A stretch of DNA of 64,000 bases, taken from positions 8,202,938 through 8,266,937 of the forward strand of contig CAJINV010000004.1 of the NCBI GenBank assembly GCA_905178155.1, written 5' to 3'. How positions within the stretch are numbered: position 1 is the first letter of the stretch; each line of letters begins with the position of its first letter. Positions 10,456-21,620 of the stretch are shown in pieces. This DNA is from Amoebophrya sp. A120 (taxonomy: Eukaryota; Protista; Dinoflagellata). Under the pieces are notes generated by a model that was given only the letters and a program-made list of their open reading frames with translations, was not told the DNA's origin and made no database searches. The translations under genes were made by a program, and so were the position numbers.

Positions 10456-13400
10456 ATGTCGTCCTCCTCCTCTTCCGCCGAGGCCGGGAAGCAGGCCTTG
10501 GCCCTGCTGAAGAAGGCCCAGACGCTATTCCAGGGAAAAACGTCTCCAGACCCCAGAGTGCTTGTCAGGCAAATCTGCAAAGGCTGAGAAAGTTGGTTTC
10601 TCATGCGGAAACCTTCCATGTTGAGAAGGAAGCATTTATTGCGTTTGTGATGCTCCAATCAAAATTATCTCCTGGATCTGTGATGCTGCTGACCTAGCCA
10701 TAAAACACGACTGGATCAATAATACACTACGAGGCCAAAGAACTTGTCATGCGCAAAAACATCAACCCAAGCTGCTTGATTTGTCTAGCAGATTTATTCC
10801 CATCTTGAGTCTGGGGTGGGGACGTAGTTTTTGCACAGGATACCCGCCGCAGGACTACCAGGTCTGCGTCAACCTGCTCACCGACGCTATCGCCGGAAAT
10901 GCCAGTAAGTCCAGCCACTTTTTCTCCCGCGGGAAATGCTTCCTCGCGTTGCACCAATACCAAAGGGCGCTGTTCGATTTTTCCATGGCAATACGGCTCG
11001 ACTCTGGAGGCGGAAACAGTACTACTATATGCTTCGATCAGTACTGTCTTGATGCGCACAATAAATTCTGGCTCTTCTATGCAGGAGGCTATGATGTAGT
11101 TTTCTTGTACCGAAATAGACTTTTCTCTTGGCCACAAAGAAGATGCAAAACCTTTTTCCTAGAAATCTCGATCCAAATGTAAAAATGTCTGAGTCTGGAA
11201 ACTTGTGATGCTGGGTGGCATATCATGAGGACGCCGCAGGTGCTGGCTCAGCATGAGAAGTCTCTGAGCTTCTAGGTGTTGCCTATTCTGCATGACAAAC
11301 TGCGTTTCTGCATGACAGAAAAGTGGCGCTCTTGGGTAACGTGCACGACAGATTTCAGAGTCATGCCAGACACGCATGACAAACATGGACTCTTCCAGAC
11401 CCAGACATTTTTACATTTGGTACTCAATCTAAAAAAACAACAATCAGACGTCGCGAAGCACATCGGCTACCTATCCTGTGTAAAAATGTACCCACACCAT
11501 AGTTGTAATGCAGATTTGCAAAGACAGGAACATTTGTCATGCGCATCCGCATGAGAGCCATTTTCAATCGTGTTTTGGAGTTTGTGATGCTGTAAACAGG
11601 ATGAGCAGATGAATCTGTGATGCTGGTGCACTTGCTAACCTGCACTACACTGCAGAGCGCAACTTGTCATGCGTGACTCACAAAACTCCTAGGTTTGTGT
11701 TGCAAAATCCCCATCCTGACTCTGGTGTGGGTACGTTTTTACTCAGGATACTACCGGGGGTATTGTTACCGATCACTCGGCAGGCTACAGGAGTCGCTGA
11801 AGGATTACAACGAGGCAATAAGAATCGGACAGGGTGACCACGCACAGTACTACTACGAGCGGGCACTGGTACTAAAATATTTACGATTCTTTTCTTCATC
11901 TTCATGATCCAGGGGAAGTTGTAAGAACTAATGTCATCGCAATTTGAGATTTGTCTTTGTCATGCAGGAACTTAATCGCACACGCATATGACCCACACCC
12001 CCCACCAGGTCTACTACGACCTCGAGGAGTATGAAAATTGCATCAACGACTTCACGCTCGGGCTGGAAAAGAAGCTGAACCCCCAGCAGAGCTACAACAG
12101 CCACTTTTACCGCGGCATCGCGCTGCGGAAGGTGAACGAACTGCAGAAGTCGGTGGAGTCGCTGAAAGGGTGTTTGGAAATCGACGCGACCCGGTCGGAT
12201 GGGCACAACCACCTCGGTCTGTCCTACGCGCAGATGGGCGACTACGAGGCGGCCAAGGCCGCGTTTACGGCCGCATTAACCGCGCACCAGGAGAAGCTGA
12301 AGCAGCAGAACCAGGGCAACGAAACCGAGGAAATAGCCGAGGAGGATCGCGTGATCAGTAGCAAATATTTAAACAACCGCGGGCTGGCCTGCTACCACCT
12401 GAGCAACTACGAAGACGCGGCGACCGACTTCACGGAAGCCATAAGTCACTACAGCAAGGATGCGGGAATATTTTTCAACAGAGGTATTAAAAAATACTTT
12501 TATTGAGATCACGAGCTGCAATAGCATGAACACTCGAGGATTATTTGCTGGTTTATTTTTTGCATCACAGATTTATTGTAGCAATACGCAACGCACGATG
12601 CTGGTTTTGGACAGAGTACAACTAAGCATTCTAATATCGTACGAAAAAGTGTTTCACTGTAGGGATTTTGCAAGTTTTGCGTCACAAATTTGCTCTACAT
12701 CACAGAGAAAATTTGCCATGCGAGACTCCTAAGGGAAAACACAGCTAAAAACCCATTTTCTTGCATGTGTAGCAAGACAAACACTTCTCGGATACATTTT
12801 CTGCATTACAAGTTTACAGTGAAACAGTTTTTTCTCGCGATATCCAAATAAACCTTCTTTCCCCACAGGTAACGCGTATTTCAGCATGAAGAAGTACGAC
12901 AAGTCGCTGGAGTATGGAACTGTCAGGATCGAAATCGACAAAGCTGAAATCATTTGCAACGCATAAAATCGATACGAGTTGGAACAATCTAGTGGCGCAC
13001 GACAAATCTTTGCAGCATTGCAACCCAATTCGTCATGCTGTTTGGGCGCAGACGGGCGCAGAAAACTAGTTTTGTCATGCTACTTCAGCAACTCTATTTC
13101 TACTCCTAAACAGGCCTACAGTCGGCCGTGCTTGCTGGCTTTCCAATACAGGTATTTTGAAACTTGCCTTTTACTGTGCATCCCAAATTTTTTCAACTTT
13201 GTCGATTTCGACCCTGACGCCTCCACATCGAGGACTACGAAACCGCTATTGGCCTATCAAATGTAGAAATGTCTGGGTCTGAAAGAATGCAACTTGTCAT
13301 GCTAACTCTGAAGCATGCAAAAATCTGTGTTGCATGATTACCAAAAGTCGTCCAGTTTTGACCAAGTCGCGAGGGAGTTTCTCATGCAGGATAGGCATGA

Positions 13401-16400
13401 GAGAGATCGCACAGAGTCTGTCATGCTAGGTCCTGCATTCCAGACCTCATGGGTCATGGAAAAGCTGCATGACAAATCGCGCACTCTTCCACGCCCAGAC
13501 ACTTTTACATTTGATATGACCACGACGAGGACAATGCAGTTTACTATCACCACCAGGGATTAGCATTCCAGGGGCTGCACGCCATTCAACAAGCGATCGA
13601 CGCCTACCTCCAGGCTATCGACCTGGACCCCACGCACTACCCGAGCAAGTTCCATTTAGGTATCATGTACCATGTGGACGGGCAGTACTCAAGGGCACTG
13701 GAGGTCTTCTCCGGGGACATACCACACGACCAAGCACTGTACAAAGAATTTTATTTCTCAAGTGCTTGATATTTGCTTTTTTCATGGCAGAGTGAAGGTT
13801 TTATTTGTCTTGTGTTGTTCTACTTCGCACCCCTAAAACTAATGTATTTAGCAATAGGCTACTTTATAATTTTTTTGCAATTTTATTTCTAACTCAGGTA
13901 CGAGCGCCGCGGGCTGGTATTCCGAGACATGGGAAAATACGAGCTGGCCTTGTCAGATTATCAAATGTAAAAATGTCTGGGTCTGGAAGAATGCAGGAGT
14001 TTGTCATGCAGATTTTGCATGACCCATGAGGTCTGTGATGCATGACCTAGCATCAGAGATTTTGCGAGGGCTTTCTGATGCTCATACCGCATGAGAAACG
14101 CCCTCTCCGCGTAGCACAAATTACACCTGTTTTGCTGTTCATGCAATACAGATTTTATGTAGATTCCAAAAGTAGCGTCACAAGTTGCATTCTTCCAGAA
14201 CCAGACATTTTTGCAATCCATACAGATTTCACTTCGGCAATAGACCTGGAGGAAAATGGCAGATACTACTACCACCGGGGCGTCGTGTATTATTTTTGCT
14301 ACTTCATCGATTCATGCATAAGTAACTCGCAAGTTTTGCTTTTGCCATTGTATGCATATGCAACTACATCATAAACATGCAATCCAATATCGGTGGTCAG
14401 CAAGACTATGACACACAGAAATAATCAAAACCTCGCACCACGTCTCAGGTACCTCCGCATGCTCCAAGAGACCGAGGCAATCGCCGACTTCAACGTGGTA
14501 TGCATTGCAAAGATGCCTGGGTCTGGAACAAAGGTTGAGCCTGTATTGCGTGTCTCGCATTCCTGAATAAAAATCTTTATTGCATAAGCAGCAAAAGCAC
14601 CACATGTTTGTCATGGAAAGTCGCAGGCTGTGATGCGTGCTGCGCATGAGAATGCGACTGAAAAATTTGTCATGCTTCACTGCATTTACAAGCGCACTCA
14701 ATCATGCCCATTCACCCTTACAAGTTTCCAGACCCAGACCCATTTGCATTTGATACGTGGCTCTGCAACTGGGAGGCAAGGGCCCGAGTTTCCAGAACTG
14801 TATCCCCCAGAAAAAGACCGACAGGTCATATTTGTAATGCAAAAATAAATAGACAAAAAAATCTGTATTGCATGCCCTAAACAGGATGTTATGGCCTCGC
14901 CCATGACAGATTTTCCTGTGTATTTATTTTTGCATTACAAATATGACCTGTCGGTCTTTTTCTGTGGGATAAACTGTTGCGTCTACAACGACCGGGGCCT
15001 GGCCTACCTATCAAATGCAAAAATGTCTGGGTCTGGAAGGTTGGAACCTGTGAAGCTAACTTTGGACTCTAAAAAAATCTGTATTGCATGACGAGCAAGA
15101 GGAGTCTAGTTTGTGCTACGCGGGGAGGGCGTTTGTCATGCGGAGTAGGCATCAGGAAGGGTTCTGAAAAGCTGTGATGGTAGGGCATACATCACAAACA
15201 ATCCTGGGCCATACAAAATATGCATGACAAACCTGGCAACATTCCAGACCCAAACATTTTTGCATTTGATGCTACCGGGCGCTGGGCAATTTGTCGCGCG
15301 CCATCGCGGATCTGACCTTTGCGCTGCAGGAACAGGAAGCCTTGTTAGTGTCCACCGAGGTCGACAAATCCGTGGTCAACGAGCTCGACTTCGCGCTGCC
15401 AACAAATCTGGTCACCACAGAATACTTCGCCAACCGCGCACAGTGCTTCGTCGAGCAGGGTCTCTACGCCCGGGCCGAGTATCAAATGGAATAATATCGA
15501 TCTGGGTGTGCTGGAAGATGTTGATGTAATTGTGTTTCCAAGTGGTTGGCCATGGCCACAAAATCTGTAATGCAGGGCTTCGCATGATATCCAGACCCAG
15601 ATCCATATTTGCAATGCATACCGAGCAAGACTTGTCAAAAGCGCTCCAGGTGGACCCGAAGGACCCACAGTTGCTGTACAAACGCGGGATCGCGAGGTAA
15701 TGTTGTTCATTATGCATCACAACTTGATTTCAGTATTCTGCTTTGCATGACAAGTTTTTACTCTTTGAAATTTATTTACACATCGCGCACTACGAATGTC
15801 GTATATTATCATGCATCACAGATTGATGTCAGTATTCTGCTTTGCATGACAAGAAATTTTCATGTGAAATAATTATCTGTTACACATACATCAAGGTACG
15901 CGCAAGATTTCTTCCAGCAGGCGATCGACGATCTGACTTCGTTATGGTGGAAAAAACGTGCGAATTTTGTCATGCGCTTTTCCCAAGATCTTTCCGATTT
16001 TCTTCCGATCTACGCATGACAAATAAGCGTCGTTTTTCAATTTCCTTCCATACCGTTCCCTCGAACAAGGCGCGTACCCACAGAACCTGCATATCCCACA
16101 GAAAAGAACAGGCCACCTCCCGGGCACGACAGTTGTATATAATTATGCAAAAAGAAACGATAATAGGAAATGAATCTGTCATGGGTGAGCCCATAGCTGT
16201 GTGCTGATTATGATATGTAAAAATACAAATGTTTTTGCTTATTTATTTTTGCGTTACAAATGTGCCCTAGTGCCTGTCTTTTTCTGTGGGACACTGCACG
16301 ACATCTACTACCACCTCGGTGTGTCATTCGCAAACCTCGGAAAGCACCTCTTCGCCGTGCCGGCGTTCGACGAGTATCCTGTGTGAAAACGTCCCCACGA

Positions 16401-17701
16401 GGTCCCAGACTTGACATGCAACCCTGTATGCCAAAAATGTTTCTCATGCGCAACCCCAACTACATGAGGAGCATTCATTTCTCATGCTGTCCTGGACTTT
16501 GTCATGCTCCAATCAGGATAAGAAGCGAGATTTGTGATGTAACTTCACTCGCTATAACCATGACTACATTAGACATTCACATTTGCCATGCGCAACAGCA
16601 AAAGCTCGCAAAATCGCCCTCTTGACTCTGGGTTGGGGACGTTTTTACACAGGATAAGGAGGCGATTAAGCGCGTCAAGATGGAGGACTACCCACACTAC
16701 GTGCACGAGAGGGCAAAGAGCGAACAGGTGATGATGTGTTTCTGTTTGAGGCGGAATTTGTCATACAGGAACGAGAGCTACAACAAGATCTTGTCATCCT
16801 CATGCGGAGTAGAAGTAGAACCATACTATGATTTATTTCGACTATTCGATAAAATGGCAAATGCAACTCTAAGCTGATGCCTACTTCCCAGGTCATCGGC
16901 GAGCACGAGAAGGCGCTTCGCGACTTCTCCAAGGTGCTGGAAGCGCAGCCGAACAACGCCCGGGCATACTTCCGTCGCGGTTTCTCCTTTATCAAATGCA
17001 AATATGTCGGGGTCTGGAAGAGTCGGGGTTTGTCATGCACATTTTGCATGACCCATGGGGTCAGTGATGCAGGTCCTAGCACCACAGATTTTTTGAGGGC
17101 TTCTTGATGCTAATCACGCATGAGAAATGCCCTTTCCGCGTGCCAAGAATTGGACTCTTCTTGCTGCTCATGCAACACAGATATTGTTAGAATCCGCAGA
17201 CAGCATTACAAGTTCCACTCTTCAGACCCAGACATTTTTGCAGTGGATATCCTTCAAGGCACTACGATTTTACGAGGAGGCGGCGGAAGACTTCGAGGCG
17301 GCAAAGGAGTGCGAACCGCAGGACACACGATATCCTGACTAAAAACGTCCCCACACCAGAGTTGTCATGCAGATTTGCAATGACAGGAATATTTGTAATG
17401 CGCATCGCCAGGAGAGGCATTTTTAGTCGTGTTTTGGAATTTGTGATGCTGTAAACACGATGAGAAGATGGATTTCTGATGCAGCTGGCCTTGCGAACCT
17501 GCACTACACTACGGACTGCAACTTGTGACGCGTGACCCCCAAAAGTTCTAGGTTTGTGTTGCAAAATCCCCATCTTGACTCTGGTGTGGGGAGGTTTTTA
17601 CTCAGGACACGCGATTTGTGGTGAACTACCGAAAGCTGCACAACGTTCAGGCCATCAACCTCGGTCCCGCCGGCCACGAGGATCCGAAGCCGAAGTACTA
17701 G
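10456..17701 (+). CDS. Multi-TPR protein (TTC6-like), about 21 introns
   Basis: Spliced frame is continuous, e.g. HFFSRGKCFLALHQYQRALFDFSMAI, YLNNRGLACYHLSNYEDAATDFTEAI, VYNDRGLAYRALGNLSRAIADLT and AYFRRGFSFKALRFYEEAAEDFEAA, ending DPKPKY* (TAG 17699-17701). Confidence 0.85.
10526..10842. mobile_element. IR introner family B
   Basis: TIR; TSD GACGC/CCCGC. Confidence 0.85.
11172..11422. mobile_element. Family A element nested in a GT-AG intron
   Basis: TIR with a damaged left end, inside intron ~11019-11447. Confidence 0.8.
11472..11750. mobile_element. IR introner family B
   Basis: TIR; perfect TSD CTACC. Confidence 0.9.
12913..13227. mobile_element. IR introner, singleton family (GTCAGGATCGAAATCGACAAAG arms)
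   Basis: TAT..ACA ends; TSD TGGAG/TCGAG. Confidence 0.8.
13255..13516. mobile_element. IR introner family A
   Basis: TIR; TSD TGGCC/TGACC. Confidence 0.9.
13959..14222. mobile_element. IR introner family A
   Basis: TIR; perfect TSD CAGAT. Confidence 0.9.
14499..14755. mobile_element. IR introner family A
   Basis: TIR; perfect TSD CGTGG. Confidence 0.9.
14801..14971. mobile_element. IR introner family E (TATCCCACAGAAAAAGAC; near-complete hairpin)
   Basis: Arms of about 70 bp; perfect TSD AACTG. Confidence 0.9.
15009..15271. mobile_element. IR introner family A (reverse internal orientation)
   Basis: TAT..ATG ends; perfect TSD CTACC. Confidence 0.9.
15480..15620. mobile_element. Short A-related IR introner
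   Basis: TAT..ATA; perfect TSD CCGAG. Confidence 0.85.
15943..16052. mobile_element. Short IR introner, singleton
   Basis: TAT..ATA with arms; flanks TTCGT/CCGTT; +5 removal restores LTSSLEQG. Confidence 0.75.
16092..16293. mobile_element. IR introner family E
   Basis: TAT..ACA; perfect TSD CTGCA. Confidence 0.9.
16375..16656. mobile_element. IR introner family B
   Basis: TIR; TSD ACGAG/AGGAG. Confidence 0.9.
16990..17249. mobile_element. IR introner family A
   Basis: TIR; perfect TSD TCCTT. Confidence 0.9.
17331..17609. mobile_element. IR introner family B
   Basis: TAT..ACA; TSD CACGA/CGCGA. Confidence 0.9.
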
Positions 17702-17884
17702 GTGCCGGTGGTGAAGAAAGGTTGGTGTTGCTGTGTGTGTGGGCGGCGGTTGAAGCGACGTCGACTCCATGTTTTTTAGAGTAGAAGCCGTGCCGTTGCA
17801 CAGAAAACCTTCTAACACACGAAATTAACATGTTTACTCTTGTATCAACAAAACCCGCGTTGTTTCCAGCACTGGTTAAGAACA

Positions 17885-18063
17885 TCCTCAAAGAAAAACT
17901 CGATTTTACGATACTCCTCAAAGAAAAACTCGATTTTACAGCGCCAGTTTCCTCGGAACGAATCAATATTAAACTTACTTTTTTCACTAGGCTTACGAAT
18001 TATACTCCTCGAAGAAAAACTCTGATTTTACAACATACACTCCTCAAAGAAAAGTTCGATTTC
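17885..18063. repeat. Four copies of a ~25-bp unit
   Basis: TCCTCAAAGAAAAACTCGATTTTAC-like units near 17885, 17915, 18006 and 18041. Confidence 0.8.
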
Positions 18064-18266
18064 AGGCACATAACCCGATGGTTTGACTCTGGTATTTCTA
18101 AAGGAAATAGCGTCTCTAAATGTATTTTGGCTCCTGGTAATATAAACTCCTCGCGCATTTTTTTAGTAACCCCAAAGAAAGCGCGCGTGCTGATGTTGTG
18201 ACGTTTCGATTTCATGCACAGGAGCATTGGAACAGGAGCGGCAAACTCGTTGCATGAGCCTCCGCT

Positions 18267-18600
18267 TGAGTCTGCTTCCTGAAGCGGATAAAGCAGCAGT
18301 AGCAACCTGCGCTCCTGACGATTGATGAAAAATGCCTCCTTGTAAATGTGCCCGCAAAGCTGGAATAGTCCCTAAAAACCCAGCTGTTGTGGTGCGCTCG
18401 GGCTGCAGCTAATCTGGAATGTACAATTGTAGTTGAACAGAATTATGGATACGAGGTGCCTCGAGCAAGACTGCTGTGGACTCGAGATATCCGGAACGAG
18501 TGCGTTTTTGTGCGGATGCAAAGGTGTTCCTCGCTGCTTTTGTTTTTTCTTTGCCCGCTTCGTATTGCGATCTTCCCATCCTACATAGCGGCCAGCGGAT
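18267..18600 (+). repeat. Dispersed direct repeat, copy 1
   Basis: Shares TGACGATTGATG, GTAAATGTG, GCAAAGCT.GAATA, CCCAGCT, CGCTCGGGCTGC, GTACAATTGT and GGACTCGAGAT with 21252-21620. Confidence 0.8.
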
Positions 18601-20272
18601 GCGGCGGAGTCTGCTGCGGCCCCAACCCGCGCGCAGGGGCGAGGTTGGTCGGGTACCGGGGCCGCGCCCAGGCCGGCGCCCGCGGTCACATTTAGTGGCC
18701 GGCCCCGCCGCGTCGCGGCCCGGCCCGGCTGAACTGGGTGCGGGCGGCGCCTCCTTATGTTCGCCCGGTGTTCCTGGCCGGCAGAAAGGGGCACAGCGCT
18801 AGGGGGTTAGCACTACGCTACGGCGCTGAGTAAATTGCTCGCTTGGGCGTAGAAATGCAGCAGGGCCGCGAGCAGACTAACAGATAACATTCCCCGAAAC
18901 AAGCTGGCCTCGCTGTTCCACCCCGAGAAGCGCGCCCGCGCAATAGCGCCGGACGATGCCGCTTCGCTGCAGGATGGCAGTGCGCCGCGGCGCTACAAAC
19001 AAGAGGCGCCGCGGGGCGTGTTGCGTAGGCGGTCCGGCATGCGGCGCCTGGCCCCGGCCACAAGGCGGGGGGGGGTCCGCACGTTCTACGCCCTTACGCC
19101 TTGCGCGGGTTCAGCATCGCCACAGGGTTGGCGCAGCTGCCCCCCGTGGGTGCTGGCTTGCGAAGCGCCGCGGGCGACTGGATTCCCGGTCCCGGGCAGC
19201 GCCGAACGCAATGGGCGGAGACGCAGGCGGCAAGCGCTCGCGGCTAGAGGTGAGGGCATTCAGCAAGACAGCCCGACCACCCCAGAAGCCGGGGCCGACA
19301 ACAAGGCCCGCTTCAAGGCCCCGGGGCTGTCGTGGCGTCGTCCGCGCGGTTGCTGCTTCAAAGCTGCGAAGGCGACCAGACGCAGGCGACAGCGCTGGCG
19401 GTAGCCGGACTCGAGCGGCTGGGTTTGAAAATGCCGGAGCCAGACGCGGCAGGGGCTCCGCGTCGACTGCGTTTACCCTGAGGCCCACTTTGCTAGCTGT
19501 CAAGAATTCCCTAGAGATCTCGCGCGTGCCAATGGAAGAAGCGAGGCATGGACTCGCTGAGCGGTGCGACGCAAGGGGGGGCTGAGCGAGTCGAGCCCCG
19601 CAAGAAGGCGCGGCGGCGTGTGTGATAGGCGCCAGGCAAGCCCTTGAAAGGACGGCCGCCCTGGCTATGGCGATGAAGTGCGGCCGTGTGGGCGGTGGCG
19701 AAGCCCGTAAAGCGCTGCGGGCGCCGCCCCGCGGCCCCCTCTGTGGGCGCCGCTTTTTCGGTGCGCCGGGCGTGCGCGCAGCCTTAGCCGGCCCCGGCGT
19801 CCGTGATTGAAGCAAACCGCCACAGCGGCCGCCCCGCCCGCTCCTCGCCTGACTGCGGCGCGGCCCGTGCTTGTCTCTGATTTGCCCCGGCTTTTTGGGA
19901 AGCCGTCTGGCCTGCTCGGGCCGGGCGTCATAAAGGATAACCGCCCGCGAGGCGGGTTTGCTACGTCGCCAGCCGGGCTCGCTGCGAAGAGTCCGCAAGG
20001 CGCCGCAGCTTCTTCCAGCCGCCCCGCCAAACGGGCCACCGCGCGCCCGTGCCAGACTGTGTGGCCCTACCGTAGACATTTTGGTAGCCGCGCGCCAATT
20101 CAGGGCACACTGCCAAAGCCGGCGCAGCATTGCAGGCCGCCGCGTGTGTTCTTCCGTCGAGGAGCATCCACGCCGTTCATCCGTCCGTAGTTGAAAGCCT
20201 CACGGCGAGTCGTCGCTTGCACTTCCATATTTCGCTATACTATTATCTGTGCCTCCCCATAGAGCGCGATCT

Positions 20273-21076
20273 ATGTCCGCTTCAAAATTACAGGCCTCGC
20301 TAAAGCGGGCTCGCGAAGATGCGTATGGCAAGTCGGCACAAAGCCGCCGAGCCGCTGACCCGGTGCTGCCAGAGGCTTTCGAACCCCGTCTGAAGTTTGA
20401 CGTGCGGAGCAGTATCACAGAGATCCTCCTCCGCCTCCGCACAGAAGTTGCGCCGGAAGAACTAAACCTCCCAGCGCCGAACCCAAGCTCTGATCCCCAT
20501 ACAACCGACACTCCCGGAACTGCTTTGCCCCACTTGAGTTCCTCCGTTGTCCTCCAGGAGATCACGAAAATGTGCCACGACCGGCACGGCGTTGCGGCGC
20601 TACGAAAGATTTTACGAGGCCTGGAAAGGGAGGAGCAACAGCATCTTCTTTCGGTCGTATTTCCCCCCACTTCACAGCAAGAAACCCCGGAAACCGAACT
20701 TGGCGAGAGCGATAACAGAGCACAAGATAAAGAACCTACAACCACTTCCCTTGACGAAAAAACCACCTCCCTGCTCGCGCGCATTCAGCAGGAACTGGCG
20801 CAACGCAAAAGACCAATCGAAGCGGGCCAACCCGAACCCGCACCACGTGATCCCCCTTCCGGCCCCGCACTGGGAACCGCGAGCTCGTCTCTCCGCACCA
20901 GATTCCCCTTTCCTGCCACCAAGAACCAAGCCGTGTGCGAGCACTGTGGACCCTTAGGAACCGTGCACTACTCTTACCCCGTCGGTAGTCTCGGGAAGTA
21001 CGCGGCTTTGGAACGAGAGGTGAAAAGGAAGTACTGCTGTCTCCGGTGTGAGCGCGAATGGTTTGAGGAGGAGTAG
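20273..21076 (+). CDS. Intronless hypothetical protein with C-terminal CxxC...CxxC...W zinc ribbon
   Basis: 267-aa ORF ending VCEHCGP...KYCCLRCEREWFEEE, with plausible amino-acid composition. Confidence 0.55.
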   Translation: MSASKLQASLKRAREDAYGKSAQSRRAADPVLPEAFEPRLKFDVRSSITEILLRLRTEVAPEELNLPAPNPSSDPHTTDTPGTALPHLSSSVVLQEITKMCHDRHGVAALRKILRGLEREEQQHLLSVVFPPTSQQETPETELGESDNRAQDKEPTTTSLDEKTTSLLARIQQELAQRKRPIEAGQPEPAPRDPPSGPALGTASSSLRTRFPFPATKNQAVCEHCGPLGTVHYSYPVGSLGKYAALEREVKRKYCCLRCEREWFEEE

Positions 21077-21251
21077 AAGGAGGCCACTGCACCCAGAAGT
21101 AGTGACGGATGTCTTCTGATGTTGCTCGCAGTTGCCTGCAACCTGGGCCAAGAAGTCGGCTGTGGCATGTTTTGTCCGAAGGATGTTTAGTTTCAATGTT
21201 TCAACACCGTCACCAAATCAGCTCCCTGGCAACTACAAAGTGAGACGCTAC

Positions 21252-21620
21252 TTGAATCTGCTTCTCCAACAAGAGCACTTCTACCCATGCGGATAACGCA
21301 GCATCAGTGAGCTGCGTTGTTGACGATTGATGGAAAAAGAAACGCGTCACACTGTAAATGTGTTGGCAAAGCTAGAATAATCCCTAAAAGCCCAGCTCGT
21401 GTCCGCTCGGGCTGCTAATCTAGAACGTACAATTGTTAAACAGCGTGAATAGGTTCGAGCATTACTGCTGCGGACTCGAGATCCCCACCACGCGCGCGTG
21501 CTTGTCACGGCACCACGGTGTTCTGTTCCTCTGCTGACTCTTCGTCGTTGGTCTTCTTTTTTCGTCGGCTTCGTTCGCATTGCGATTGCGGCGGCCTATC
21601 ATGTAGCGGGCATCCGGTTC
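21252..21620 (+). repeat. Dispersed direct repeat, copy 2
   Basis: See 18267-18600. Confidence 0.8.

Noticed and set aside
13255-17609. Recurrent ~30-bp repeats separated by unique sequence, resembling a CRISPR array
   Set aside because: The repeats come in inverted pairs bounding introns, the 'spacers' are in-frame exons, and there are no cas genes in this eukaryotic context.
18124-18136. Second spliced-leader-like 13-mer (ATTTTGGCTCCTG)
   Set aside because: Two mismatches and no adjacent ORF start; likely chance.
18956-20190. Long overlapping ORFs (e.g. 19111-20130, 339 aa)
   Set aside because: GC-rich, stop-poor DNA open in several frames with R/A/P/G-biased composition and no motifs.
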